In this document: in pieces, positions 1 through 8,323 of the stretch
Layout of the letters: each line of letters opens with the position of its first letter
Position numbering within the stretch: position 1 is the stretch's first letter
Source of the DNA: Patescibacteria group bacterium
GTDB taxonomy: Bacteria > Patescibacteriota > Patescibacteriia > SBBC01 > CAIJZX01
Assembly: GCA_038065275.1 (NCBI GenBank)
Contig: JBBTRH010000006.1
Location: forward strand, 1 to 49,340
DNA: 49,340 bases
Direction: 5' to 3'
Notes under the pieces: model-generated
Told to the model about the DNA's origin: nothing
Seen by the model: only the letters and a program-made list of their open reading frames with translations
Databases searched by the model: none
Translations under genes and position numbers: made by a program

Positions 1-2811
1 CCGTGCAACCCGCTCCAACCGAACGGCACGTTTACGATTAACGTTTCTTCGGCCGGCGGGACGGCCTATGAGATGGGATGCTTCAGCCCGCCGAATATGC
101 CGTACTCCTGCCCGCAGGCGGTCGCCGTGACAATCGTTCCCGGCGGGACGGTCACCAAGGACCTTGATTTGACGATGAACAATTCGGCGATCGTCGGACA
201 ACTCTACGATCAATCCGGCTTCCCGCTCTCAAACTGCGAGAGTTTCCGCGGCGGAAGAGTCTTCGCGGACAACCCGGGCGGCAACGGTGCCCACTACGAG
301 GGTGAAATCGGGACGGATTGTAAGTTCAAGATTTCGCTCGTGGCAGGGGTATACTTCATGAACTCCTTCTTCCCGCCGGATTCCGGAGCGATGAACTCGC
401 CGCCCGGAGCCCCGGTGCAGGTCTTCAGCGGGCAAACGGTCCAGAAGAACATCATGGTGGCTAAGGCCGACGCCTCCATTATCGTCGCGTTGCTCGACAA
501 GAACGGAAACGGCACCCAGGGGTACATCAACGTCGATAACAACGAAGAAATCAACATGTCCCGCGAAGGGAACAAAGGCCCGGGCGGTCCCGGCGATCAA
601 GGCGGCAAAGGCGCCGATCTCGGATTCGGCAAGAAAATGCCTTGCGGCGCGTCGAATTTTTCCGGGGTGCAGAAGTGCTGCAAGGATCCGAAGAACAAAG
701 CCCAGTGCGTCGCCTTCAAGGTTCCCGACGGTCCGAACGGTTGCACCAACGCTTACGATTGCGTCAAGCAGTGCACTAAAGACCCGAAGATCTGCAACGA
801 AGCAGATAAGGGAAATAAAAACGCCGGCCCGCAACCGGGACAGGGGGAGTTCAAGGTTGGTCCGGGCGGATGCAAGTCGGAAACGGAATGTCAGAAGTAC
901 TGCTCAACGCCGGCGAACCAAAATGAATGCGCCAAATTCGCGCCGCCTCCAGGCGTGCAGGGTCAAAGTGTAACCAAAGCCAAGCTGTTCAAGAAAATCC
1001 CGACCAGGATCATCAGCTCGGTCCCGGTCCGGGCGTTGGGTGAAGGCGATCAGGGCGGTGAAAAAGGTCCGGGTTTCGACAAAGGCATCCATTCCAGCGG
1101 CCCAACCGACTTCAATGGGAACGCCAAGATTGCGGTCCTGAGCGGCCACCGGTACAAAGTCTGCGCCGGCTTGCCGCCCGAATCTAACGACATGCCGCCC
1201 AAGTGCCAGTCAGTGGATCTGACCAGCGCCAAAACCGCGTCGGTCACGCTCCGACTCCGTGAGGCGGATGCGCAAATGACCGGCACCGTAAAGATGCCCA
1301 GCGGCACGCCGGCCACGCGTTGCTTCGTCCATGCCTGGGCGGAAGACGGCAGTTTCAGCGGCCAGCCATGTTCGGGTAGCGGGACGTACAAACTCAACCT
1401 GACGGCGGATACGACCTGGCACTACGGCGCGGACAGTATGGACGGCGCGAAGTTCTACCGGAGCGAAGAACAAACGCTAGTGGTCGTTAAAGGCAAGAAA
1501 TACACTCAGAACTTAGAACTGAAAGAGGGTGACTTCGAAATCCCGCAACCGGTGACGGCCAGCGGCGACTGCTCAAGCCCGCTAGTGATCAGCATGTCGA
1601 ATAAGGCCAAAATCAGCATCCCGGCCGGAAGCTTAAGCACCTCGACGACCGGTCAGTGCAGTTGTACCGCCACGCCGACGATCGACTTGATCGCCACGCA
1701 GTCCAATCAACCGCAAGGCGCCGGCTACACCATCGACTGTCGCGACGAAACCGGAGCGCAAGTGACGCAACTCAAATCTTCGGCCACGATCACGGTGCCG
1801 TACAATCTCTCGGCCGACGAAGAGGGGACGTCGATTGAAGACGCGCTCAAACCGGTGCTGTACCAGTCCGACTCGCAATCATACAAAACAGTCTCCTCAT
1901 ACACGCTCGATAAGGAAAATAACCTGATTACCTTCTCGGTTGACCACTTCTCGGCCTACACGGTTTCCAACAGTAGCGGTATTTCGTCGAAGAGTGCCGC
2001 CCTAAAAACCGTCACCAAGAACATCAAAAACAAAATCACGTCGTTCACAGTCAACAAAAAGAAGGTGACGCCGTTCCCGAAGTGTAAAGGAGATGTCAGC
2101 GTGGTGACCAAGAGCGTCAACGGCGCGCAATTGATCGGCGCGGTAGCCAGTTGCGACACCAACCTCAAGGTCTATGACGTGAAAGGTAAACTCAAGAAGA
2201 CCGTCGGCCTGGGGGCGGCCGCTAACACCGTCACCTTCGCCGACGTGACTCAAGACGGCAAAGCTGACCTGATCGTCGCGCCGGCCAGCGGTAAAAAGGT
2301 GCTGGTCATCCAGCCGGGCAGTAAATACAAGACGGTGACGGTTCAGTTGCCCTCGGCCGGCAAGCTGACCGCTAACGCCATTGATGTCAAAGGCAACGGC
2401 CTGGCCCAACTGGTCACCGGCGTGGTGAAGAATAACCAAGCCACCGATCTGAAGTTCTACAACTTCAAGAAAGGTAAGTTCACGGCCAGTAGTAGCGTCT
2501 ATACTGCCTACTTGTCCGGTAAGGGTAGCGCGATCAGCTTGAATATCCCCAAGCCGACCGTCGCCAGCCTGTCCGCCAAGTCGTTCAAAGCTACGGCCAC
2601 CAAAGCCAAGTTGACCGTCAAGGGCGACAAGCTGACGCCGGACACGACCGTCATGGTCGGTGGCGTCGGCGGGAAGGCCACCTTCAAGTCGGTCAACCGG
2701 ATTGACGTCACCTTCGACGCCACCAAGCTTGGCAAGGGTACGTATATCGTCAAGCTGACCAACCCCGGCGGCCTCGTCGTCAGCGCCAAGACCAAAGTTA
2801 CGGTCAAGTAA
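1..2811 (+). CDS. Large secreted/surface protein, 5'-truncated by the window edge: beta-sandwich (carboxypeptidase-regulatory-like) repeats, Cys-rich GPGGC motif, HFS motif domain, FG-GAP-like repeats, C-terminal IPT/TIG-like domain
   Basis: Frame is open from base 1 through the ATG at 73. Motifs: GPGGCKSETECQKYC, VDHFSAY, DVTQDGKADLIVA / DVKGNGLAQLVTG, C-terminal GTYIVKLTNPGG. Confidence 0.75.
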   Translation, partial: PCNPLQPNGTFTINVSSAGGTAYEMGCFSPPNMPYSCPQAVAVTIVPGGTVTKDLDLTMNNSAIVGQLYDQSGFPLSNCESFRGGRVFADNPGGNGAHYEGEIGTDCKFKISLVAGVYFMNSFFPPDSGAMNSPPGAPVQVFSGQTVQKNIMVAKADASIIVALLDKNGNGTQGYINVDNNEEINMSREGNKGPGGPGDQGGKGADLGFGKKMPCGASNFSGVQKCCKDPKNKAQCVAFKVPDGPNGCTNAYDCVKQCTKDPKICNEADKGNKNAGPQPGQGEFKVGPGGCKSETECQKYCSTPANQNECAKFAPPPGVQGQSVTKAKLFKKIPTRIISSVPVRALGEGDQGGEKGPGFDKGIHSSGPTDFNGNAKIAVLSGHRYKVCAGLPPESNDMPPKCQSVDLTSAKTASVTLRLREADAQMTGTVKMPSGTPATRCFVHAWAEDGSFSGQPCSGSGTYKLNLTADTTWHYGADSMDGAKFYRSEEQTLVVVKGKKYTQNLELKEGDFEIPQPVTASGDCSSPLVISMSNKAKISIPAGSLSTSTTGQCSCTATPTIDLIATQSNQPQGAGYTIDCRDETGAQVTQLKSSATITVPYNLSADEEGTSIEDALKPVLYQSDSQSYKTVSSYTLDKENNLITFSVDHFSAYTVSNSSGISSKSAALKTVTKNIKNKITSFTVNKKKVTPFPKCKGDVSVVTKSVNGAQLIGAVASCDTNLKVYDVKGKLKKTVGLGAAANTVTFADVTQDGKADLIVAPASGKKVLVIQPGSKYKTVTVQLPSAGKLTANAIDVKGNGLAQLVTGVVKNNQATDLKFYNFKKGKFTASSSVYTAYLSGKGSAISLNIPKPTVASLSAKSFKATATKAKLTVKGDKLTPDTTVMVGGVGGKATFKSVNRIDVTFDATKLGKGTYIVKLTNPGGLVVSAKTKVTVK

Positions 2812-2824
2812 CCACGATTTTTTC

Positions 2825-2870
2825 ACCCCGCCGCGTCAGTCGAGTCAGGCTCGATCAGACGCGGCGGGGT
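2825..2870 (+). terminator. GC-rich stem-loop after the surface protein gene
   Basis: accccgccgcgtc ... gacgcggcggggt 13-bp stem with an inner tcgag/ctcga stem. Confidence 0.6.
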
Positions 2871-2956
2871 TGGCGTATCCCTGGTCGCGCTTCAGAAATA
2901 ATTGGACGTAGCGGTAACACTGCTCAAAGAAACCAGATTTTTGGTATACTCTAGAC

Positions 2957-5905
2957 ATGCCAGGCGTAATACCGGAGAAAGTTAATGCCGAACAACAGGC
3001 CGCCATCGCTCACGGCCGCGGGCCGTTGTTAATCGTGGCCGGGGCGGGAACGGGCAAGACCACGGTCGTAACGGAACGAATCGCCGATTTGATCAGGCAT
3101 CGGCAGGTGCCGTCGGATAATATTCTAGCCCTGACCTTCACCGACAAAGCGGCCGGCGAGATGCAGGAGCGGGTGGAGAAAATCCTGCCGTACGGTTTCG
3201 TTGACCTGTGGATCATGACATTCCACAGCTTCGGCCAGAAATTATTGGAGCGACACGCGCTCGATATCGGATTGTCAAATGATTTTCGGATCTTAACACA
3301 AACTGACCAGTGGTTGTTGATCCGCCGACATCTCGATGATTTCGATCTCGATTATTACCGCCCGCGCGGCAACCCGACGAAATTTATCAGCGCGTTGGTC
3401 AAACATTTCTCGCGGCTAAAAGACGAAGACATCAAGTCGGAAGAATATTTAAAGTACGCCCAGAGCCTCAACCGGCCGAAAACAAAGATCTCTGATGAAG
3501 ACAAAGCTGAAGCGAAAAGGGTTATGGAGTTGGCTAAAGCCTACGCGACGTATAACCAATTGTTACTCGATAATAATGCCCTCGACTTCGGCGATTTAAT
3601 TCTCGATACGTTAAAACTTCTGCGCGAGCGGCCGGCTATACTAAAAAAATACCAACAGCAATTTCAACACATTCTGGTCGATGAATTCCAAGACACCAAC
3701 TGGGCGCAATATGAGTTGATTAAGTTAATTGGGCGATTGAGGAATAATTTGACCGTGGTCGGTGACGATGACCAATCCATTTACAAGTTCCGCGGCGCGT
3801 CGGTGTCGAATATCATTTCTTTTCAGAAAGATTATCCCGACGCGCGGGTAATCGTGCTGACCAAAAACTACCGGACCAAACAAAATATTCTCGATTTAGC
3901 CTACAAATTCGTCCAACTTAATAATCCCGACCGGCTCGAAGCGAAGATTGCCGACATCGGTGGCCAAAAGGTGACCAAACAACTCGCCGCACAGCGCGAA
4001 GGTCAGGGTCTGATAAATTTGATGCACGTCGAAACTCAGGAAGCGGAAGCGCGGAGCGTGGGGGGAAAGATTTCGGATTTAAGATTTAAGAATAAAGATT
4101 TAAGTTGGGACGCGTTTTGCGTATTGGTGCGGGCCAACGACCATGCCGATATATTCATTAACGAGTTTGAGCGGCGCGGAATGCCTTACGTTTTTCTGGC
4201 CGCGCGCGGTTTGTTTCTCAAGCCGCTAGTCATCGACCTATTGTCATATTTGCGGCTACTCGATGATTACCATGAGGGCCCGGCGATGTACCGCTGTTTA
4301 GCCATGCCGATTTTCAATATCGACCATGGCGACGTAGTGGAACTTTCATACCATGCTCGAAAGAATACGCGGTCGATGTATGAACAGCTACATCACCTTG
4401 AGGATGCTAAGATCAGCGAGACTACAACCAAGGGCGTTAAAAAACTTTTGAACCTTATTTCAAAACACGCGGAAATTGCCGCCGGCAAACCAGTCGGTGA
4501 AGTCCTGCTTCATTTCCTGAACGATTCCGGTTACTTACAATCAATTACCAGCGCTGAGACTGTTCAATCACACGAACAAATCCGAGTACTAAATCAACTT
4601 TTTAAGGTGATTCAAAACTATCAACGCGCTGAACGACGTCCAGCGTCCGTCAAAACCTTCCTGCACTATGTTGGACACGTGGCGGAATCCGGCGACGCCG
4701 GCAGTCTGGAACATGACATTGAGATCGGCCCGGAAACGATCAAAATCATGACCATCCACGGTGCTAAGGGATTGGAGTTCCCTTACGTTTTCGTCGGCAA
4801 CGTGGTCGAACAGCGGTTCCCCGGCCAGGATCGCCAGGATCCGATTCCGGTGCCCGACGCGTTGGTGCGGGAAATATTGCCGCAAGGCGACGCCCATACG
4901 CAGGAGGAGCGGCGGTTGATGTACGTCGCCATCACCCGGGCCCGAGACGGTATATTTTTCACCGCGGCCGAGGATTATGGCGGCGCGCGGCGGAAAAAAC
5001 CGTCGCCGTTTCTGTATGAGCTGGGCTTGCTAGCGCCGCCGGTCAAAGCGGACAAGGTAAAACCTCTGCCGGTGGAACGGCAATTCCGACCAAGCCCGAC
5101 CGCCGTGAACGAAGCGGTGGCTTACAATCAACGCCCGAAATCTTTCAGTTTTACCAAACTCTCAACCTACCGCGACTGCCCCTGGAAATACCGTTACGCC
5201 TTTGTGCTCCAGGTCCCGAAGCGGGGGAGCCATGTTTTGTCTTACGGCTCTTCGATTCATAAAACGCTGTTTAATTTCTTTACGCTTTGGAAAGAAAGAT
5301 CGGCCGACACGGAACACAAGAAAAGTTCGGTCAGTTTGAACGAACTCATGACGATTTATGATCAGGCGTTTATTGACGAGTGGTATCCGACGAAGAAAGA
5401 GCGGACAAAATATTTTGAGCAAGGACGGAAGGCATTGACCGCCTGGTATAAAAAAACCGTCAAGAGCATGCCAAACGTTTTGAGTTTGGAGCAAGTGTTC
5501 AACCTGAAAATTGATTCATTCAACGTCACCGGCGCGATTGATCGGATTGACCAGGTCGGTGTTGATGTCAAAACTAAGAAGCCGTTGGTCAAAATCGTCG
5601 ACTACAAAACCGGTCGGGTGAAGGAGAAGTTTGAGAAGGATGATAAATACCAGCTGTTGATTTACACCCTGGCGGTTCAAGACCCGAATATTCTCGCCGG
5701 CGAAGTGAAAGAGCTGGAATATTATTTTATTGACGTAAATGAATCACGAAGCATGACGCCCACGGTCAAAGACGCCGCGGCGGCGAAAGACTGGGTCCGC
5801 CAAACAGTAACTAAAATCCAAACCGGCGATTTCCGCGCGACGCCGGATCCGATGGTATGCAAGTTTTGCGACTATCGGGAGATTTGCGAGTATCGGGCGG
5901 TATAA
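2957..5905 (+). CDS. UvrD/PcrA-family ATP-dependent DNA helicase with C-terminal PD-(D/E)XK nuclease and probable 4Fe-4S cluster (AddA/AdnB-like)
   Basis: Walker A AGAGTGKT, LVDEFQD, VGDDDQSIY, TIHGAKGLEF, EERRLMYVAITRA; nuclease IDRID...IVDYKTG; cysteines in CPWKY and CKFCDYREIC. Confidence 0.9.
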   Translation: MPGVIPEKVNAEQQAAIAHGRGPLLIVAGAGTGKTTVVTERIADLIRHRQVPSDNILALTFTDKAAGEMQERVEKILPYGFVDLWIMTFHSFGQKLLERHALDIGLSNDFRILTQTDQWLLIRRHLDDFDLDYYRPRGNPTKFISALVKHFSRLKDEDIKSEEYLKYAQSLNRPKTKISDEDKAEAKRVMELAKAYATYNQLLLDNNALDFGDLILDTLKLLRERPAILKKYQQQFQHILVDEFQDTNWAQYELIKLIGRLRNNLTVVGDDDQSIYKFRGASVSNIISFQKDYPDARVIVLTKNYRTKQNILDLAYKFVQLNNPDRLEAKIADIGGQKVTKQLAAQREGQGLINLMHVETQEAEARSVGGKISDLRFKNKDLSWDAFCVLVRANDHADIFINEFERRGMPYVFLAARGLFLKPLVIDLLSYLRLLDDYHEGPAMYRCLAMPIFNIDHGDVVELSYHARKNTRSMYEQLHHLEDAKISETTTKGVKKLLNLISKHAEIAAGKPVGEVLLHFLNDSGYLQSITSAETVQSHEQIRVLNQLFKVIQNYQRAERRPASVKTFLHYVGHVAESGDAGSLEHDIEIGPETIKIMTIHGAKGLEFPYVFVGNVVEQRFPGQDRQDPIPVPDALVREILPQGDAHTQEERRLMYVAITRARDGIFFTAAEDYGGARRKKPSPFLYELGLLAPPVKADKVKPLPVERQFRPSPTAVNEAVAYNQRPKSFSFTKLSTYRDCPWKYRYAFVLQVPKRGSHVLSYGSSIHKTLFNFFTLWKERSADTEHKKSSVSLNELMTIYDQAFIDEWYPTKKERTKYFEQGRKALTAWYKKTVKSMPNVLSLEQVFNLKIDSFNVTGAIDRIDQVGVDVKTKKPLVKIVDYKTGRVKEKFEKDDKYQLLIYTLAVQDPNILAGEVKELEYYFIDVNESRSMTPTVKDAAAAKDWVRQTVTKIQTGDFRATPDPMVCKFCDYREICEYRAV

Positions 5906-6004
5906 AAATCTCGGACGCGGCGTCCGATCGGCCGGAAAAGAAAATCCCCACTTCCGAAGAGGTGGGGGGAACATAGTGGTGAGGTCTTGCACTGCGCGGT
6001 GGGA

Positions 6005-6158
6005 GGTGGTGGAGGAGGGATTCCCGCCGACGCAACGCTTTGGCGGGCAGGCGGACCCTCGACGCGGGGTGGCATCCGGGCTCTCGCCAGGCGACCATGG
6101 TTCCCCGTTGGCGGCGGTTGTGTTCCGCTGTATCTTTCGACCACTCAGGCACTTCACC
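6005..6158 (-). pseudogene. Degenerate class II (Tyr/Ser-like) tRNA remnant with a palindromic insertion in the T loop
   Basis: Minus strand reads GGTGAAG-TGCCTGAGTGGTCGAAAG ... GAGGG-T[ccgcctgcccgccaaagcgttgcgtcggcgg]GAAT-CCCTC-CTCCACC-ACC. Acceptor pairs 6/7, T stem 5/5, no recognisable anticodon arm. Confidence 0.55.
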
Positions 6159-6185
6159 ACCCTGACCGGTTCAGGCCGACACCGG

Positions 6186-6749
6186 TCAGCATGACGGGCG
6201 CCGGTCCTCCTGCCAGTAGCAGACCACGTGAACCGAGTAGTCGCGGTAAATGAGCATCTGCAGTCCGTCAACGAATGACTGGGCGATGGCCAAGCCGCGG
6301 CCGCGAGGTTCGAACAGGTGTTCACCCATCTCCGACCGGCGCACCGCATCGACCATCCCCCGCACCTGGTCGGCCCGGGCGCAGTTGCTGACCAGTAGCG
6401 TCACGACGCGGCGCGGGGCGTGCCCGTAGACATCGAGGTTGACGCCGACCGGTGTGGAAGGCGTGCCGTGCTGGAGCCCATTGGGTACGATTTCGGCCGC
6501 CGCCGGAATGAATCGATCCGTGATGAACGAGTCGGCAAACTCCCACCGGTAAAGTTTCAGCCGCAAGTAGCGCATGAACGGCTGGATCCAGCGCGGATCC
6601 GCCGGCCGGACGATATGCACATGCTCGATCGCTCCGAACCGCGCTTGGGCGATGGCGGTTTCATCGATGTCCGGAACAACTAAGATTCGAATCTGCTGAC
6701 GCGGCGGACTGGCCGGATTGGGGACTATCACCATGTCGCGTCCACGCAT
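6186..6749 (-). CDS. HATPase_c (RsbW/anti-sigma kinase-like) ATP-binding domain protein
   Basis: N-box AAEIVPNGLQHG and G2-box RGRGLAIAQSFVD; SD GGAGGTG upstream of the ATG at 6749. Confidence 0.65.
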   Translation of the reverse strand: MRGRDMVIVPNPASPPRQQIRILVVPDIDETAIAQARFGAIEHVHIVRPADPRWIQPFMRYLRLKLYRWEFADSFITDRFIPAAAEIVPNGLQHGTPSTPVGVNLDVYGHAPRRVVTLLVSNCARADQVRGMVDAVRRSEMGEHLFEPRGRGLAIAQSFVDGLQMLIYRDYSVHVVCYWQEDRRPSC

Positions 6750-6860
6750 GGAAGTTCACCTCCTCTTTTGGTTGGTAGTGAAAGGGACGTTGTCAACGGT
6801 GTACACCCCCGGAGCCCGACTTGTCAAATGGGACAAAAATCAGTACAATCATGATACCGT

Positions 6861-7253
6861 ATGTCGCTCGTTCGCTTCCTCGTTATTCTCGGCTTCGGGA
6901 CGCTCCTCTCTTGGACCGCGTGGATGCTGGTGCTGACGACTCTTGATCCGGCCAGCGGCGGCTTGGCGGCGCTCTTCCTGTTCTACGGCAGTTTTTTCCT
7001 GGCCCTGTTCGGCACCGCTACCATCGCCGGCTTCTTCACCCGCTACTGGCTCGAACGTCAGACTGTCCTGTTCCGACAAATCGCCGTCGCCTTGCGCCAC
7101 GGCACGTTGATCAGCGCCGGTTCGACCCTAGCCCTGCTCCTGCAGAGCCGCCGTCTCCTCAACCTGTGGTCGGTGGTGGCGCTGGTCGCTCTGGTCGTGG
7201 TCATTGAACTCTTCTTCCTGGCTGGTCAGACCCGCCGACCGGCGACCGAATAA
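6861..7253 (+). CDS. Small 4-TM membrane protein upstream of pheS
   Basis: Four hydrophobic segments; TTGTCA-N17-TACAAT promoter upstream; stop 3 nt before pheS. Confidence 0.8.
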   Translation: MSLVRFLVILGFGTLLSWTAWMLVLTTLDPASGGLAALFLFYGSFFLALFGTATIAGFFTRYWLERQTVLFRQIAVALRHGTLISAGSTLALLLQSRRLLNLWSVVALVALVVVIELFFLAGQTRRPATE

Positions 7254-7256
7254 CCT

Positions 7257-8237
7257 ATGGACACGCTCGCCACTCTGCTCGATCACGCTCGTATCGCCAT
7301 CCAATCCGCTCAAACCGCGGTCGATGTTGACCATGTGCGCATATCCCTGCTTGGCCGGAAAGGCACACTAACGGCACTGCTGTCGGTATTGCCGACTTTA
7401 CCGCCGCCGGAGCGTCGTCAACGCGGCCGGGACCTCAATGAAGCTAAGCACGAGATCGAAGGGTTATTGCATGACCGCGCCGCCGCGCTGACCGCGACGA
7501 CCCAGCCGCCGATCGACCCCACCTTGCCCGGAGAGCGTCCCGAGCGCGGTCACCTGCATCCGCTGTCACGGTACAGTCGCGAGATGATGGAGGTCTGGCG
7601 ATCGCTCGGGTACGACGTTCATGAAGGACCGGAGTTGGAAGAACAGTGGTATAATTTCGAAGGATTGAACATGCCACCCGAACATCCGGCCCGGGATATT
7701 CAGGACACGTTCTACCTTAAGGATCATCCGCAGTTGGTGCTCCGGACGCATTGTTCGACGGTGCAACTGCGCGCGGTGCTCCATCAGAAAAAACCGCCGC
7801 TTAAATACGTGGAAATCGGTCGTTCTTACCGACACGAGGCCACCGATGCGACGCATGAAGCGATGTTCACGCACTGCGACGGGATTGTCGTCGACCGGAA
7901 ACTGACCATGGCGCATTTGGTGACAACCCTGCGAGTGTTCCTGGGCCGAATGTTTCCACACCCGAAGATCAGGATTCGACCCGGATATTTCCCGTTTGTT
8001 GAACCGGGGATTGAGGTGGATATGGAATGGACCCAGAACGGGAAAACGGAATGGTTGGAAATGCTCGGCGCCGGCATGGTCCATCCCAATGTGATCCGGG
8101 CGATGGGCTTCAACCCGCGCGAGTGGAACGGATTCGCCTTCGGGATGGGCGTTGAACGGCAGGTGATGATCAAATCCGGCATCCCAGACATGCGTTTCTT
8201 TTTTAACGGCAATCTTGATTTCTTGAAACAGTTCTGA
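7257..8237 (+). CDS. pheS: Phenylalanine--tRNA ligase alpha subunit
   Basis: GHLHPL, HPARDIQDTFY, LRTHCS, YFPFVEPG, GAGMVHPNV, GFAFGMGVER. Confidence 0.97.
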   Translation: MDTLATLLDHARIAIQSAQTAVDVDHVRISLLGRKGTLTALLSVLPTLPPPERRQRGRDLNEAKHEIEGLLHDRAAALTATTQPPIDPTLPGERPERGHLHPLSRYSREMMEVWRSLGYDVHEGPELEEQWYNFEGLNMPPEHPARDIQDTFYLKDHPQLVLRTHCSTVQLRAVLHQKKPPLKYVEIGRSYRHEATDATHEAMFTHCDGIVVDRKLTMAHLVTTLRVFLGRMFPHPKIRIRPGYFPFVEPGIEVDMEWTQNGKTEWLEMLGAGMVHPNVIRAMGFNPREWNGFAFGMGVERQVMIKSGIPDMRFFFNGNLDFLKQF

Positions 8238-8243
8238 TATGAA

Positions 8244-8323
8244 TCCCGTTAGAAATTCCTGCGGTCAAGTCGAAATATGACGCCATATTTTATGTCATCA
8301 TTAGAAAATAATTTCTAACGGGA
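8244..8323. repeat. 80-bp MITE/REP-like element with 14-bp terminal inverted repeats at the pheT start
   Basis: tcccgttagaaatt (8244-8257) / aatttctaacggga (8310-8323); ATGAA occurs on both sides. Confidence 0.8.

Noticed and set aside
6005-6030. CTCCACCA as a tmRNA 3' end
   Set aside because: Spacing from the T stem would leave only a 4-bp acceptor strand; the tRNA-Tyr/Ser-like register fits better.
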